A stretch of DNA of 64,000 nt from positions 9,993 through 73,992 of the forward strand of contig JAKSNH010000009.1 in assembly GCA_024399955.1 (NCBI GenBank), given 5' to 3'. Under the pieces are notes generated by a model. The model saw only the letters and a list, made by a program, of their open reading frames with translations. It was not told the DNA's origin and ran no database searches. This DNA comes from Paludibacteraceae bacterium. Its GTDB lineage: Bacteria; Bacteroidota; Bacteroidia; Bacteroidales; Paludibacteraceae. This document shows, piece after piece, positions 63,537-64,000 of this stretch. Each line of letters opens with the position of its first letter. Within the stretch, counting starts at the first letter, position 1. The position numbers and the translations under genes were made by a program.

Positions 63537-64000
63537 ATGAAAAAACTCTTTTTGACACTGATGGCTGTTGCCACCATCACATTAACCGGATGTGAGAAAA
63601 ACTCCAAAGATGAACCACAAATGCCTTTAACGCCATCTAAAGACGTGCAAGCTATAGATCTTGGTCTATCCGTTAAATGGGCTAACATGAACATAGGAGC
63701 TACCACTCCTGAAGGTTATGGTGCTTACTTCGCTTGGGGTGAAACAAGTCCGAAAACGACTTACAATTGGAGTACATACAAATATATGCAGAGTGGCAAA
63801 AGCAGCTGGGAATATATCACCAAATACACAGTTCCCGATGATGAAAAGAAAGGTATTTGGTATAATGGGGACACTTTCATTGGTGATAATAAGACCACTC
63901 TTGAACCGAAAGACGATGCGGCTCATGTTAATTGGGGCGGTAATTGGCGTATGCCGACCAAGGCAGAATGTAAAGAGTTGGAAACCCAATGCACATGTAC
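63537..64000 (+). CDS. lipoprotein with FISUMP/DUF1566-like domain (3' end outside window)
   Basis: Not in the ORF track because it has no stop in the window. It reads MKKLFLTLMAVATITLTGCEKN (lipobox), then VKWANMNIGA...GAYFAWGE...NWGGNWRMPTKAECKEL. The antisense ORF 63666..63989 is its shadow. Confidence 0.65.
   Translation, partial: MKKLFLTLMAVATITLTGCEKNSKDEPQMPLTPSKDVQAIDLGLSVKWANMNIGATTPEGYGAYFAWGETSPKTTYNWSTYKYMQSGKSSWEYITKYTVPDDEKKGIWYNGDTFIGDNKTTLEPKDDAAHVNWGGNWRMPTKAECKELETQCTC

Noticed and set aside
63666-63989. 107-aa minus-strand ORF at the window end
   Set aside because: The plus strand here encodes a lipoprotein with a clear lipobox, a promoter cassette and DUF1566/FISUMP-like motifs. 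The minus ORF is its shadow.

Overview
The window looks like a chromosomal segment of a Bacteroidales (Prevotellaceae-like) genome. This is inferred from three things: recurrent -33 TTTG / -7 TAnnTTTG promoter boxes, no Shine-Dalgarno sequences, and adjacent T9SS porU-porV genes. About 60 densely packed genes are mostly housekeeping. They include murF, rpsO, prmA, deoC, psd, mutL, acpP-fabF, asd, rpsF-rpsR-rplI, rpmE2, rlmH, the glsB/glsA-like glycine-lipid genes, rpoN, yajC, nusB, one tRNA-Ser(GCT), pheT, prfC, ispF, aroK, der, an lptD-like gene and pheS. Three things stand out. (1) An AT-rich ~6.5 kb accessory island (18.76-25.3 kb) carries an internally deleted KilA-N remnant and an HsdM-like methylase whose N-terminus has a PD...ExK nuclease motif. 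It also carries an HsdS-like subunit but no HsdR, so I read the pair as BcgI-like Type IIB. A tandem Myb/SANT-like HTH protein and a DUF4143-type AAA ATPase complete the island. (2) A pervasive family of 7-8 nt imperfect tandem arrays (consensus roughly AAYYNNN: AACTCTA, TAATTGG/TAATTCC, AACTRAT, AATCCTC, AACCTGY) sits at gene boundaries and in 5' leaders. Twice it lies in frame inside coding genes (pheS and a CYTH gene), where 3 x 7 nt units encode a shared (T/P)CNL(Q/P)P heptapeptide. This resembles the in-frame palindromic elements of Rickettsia. (3) Longer intergenic modules are shuffled between 18.8, 23.4-23.7, 42.8-43.1 and 63.2-63.5 kb. One of them is an orphan, inverted copy of the ~75 nt hairpin leader that precedes tRNA-Ser. 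A putative T9SS cargo gene is also split from its signal peptide by a single in-frame TAG. All calls come from reading the sequence and ORF translations by eye; no searches, folding or statistics were run.
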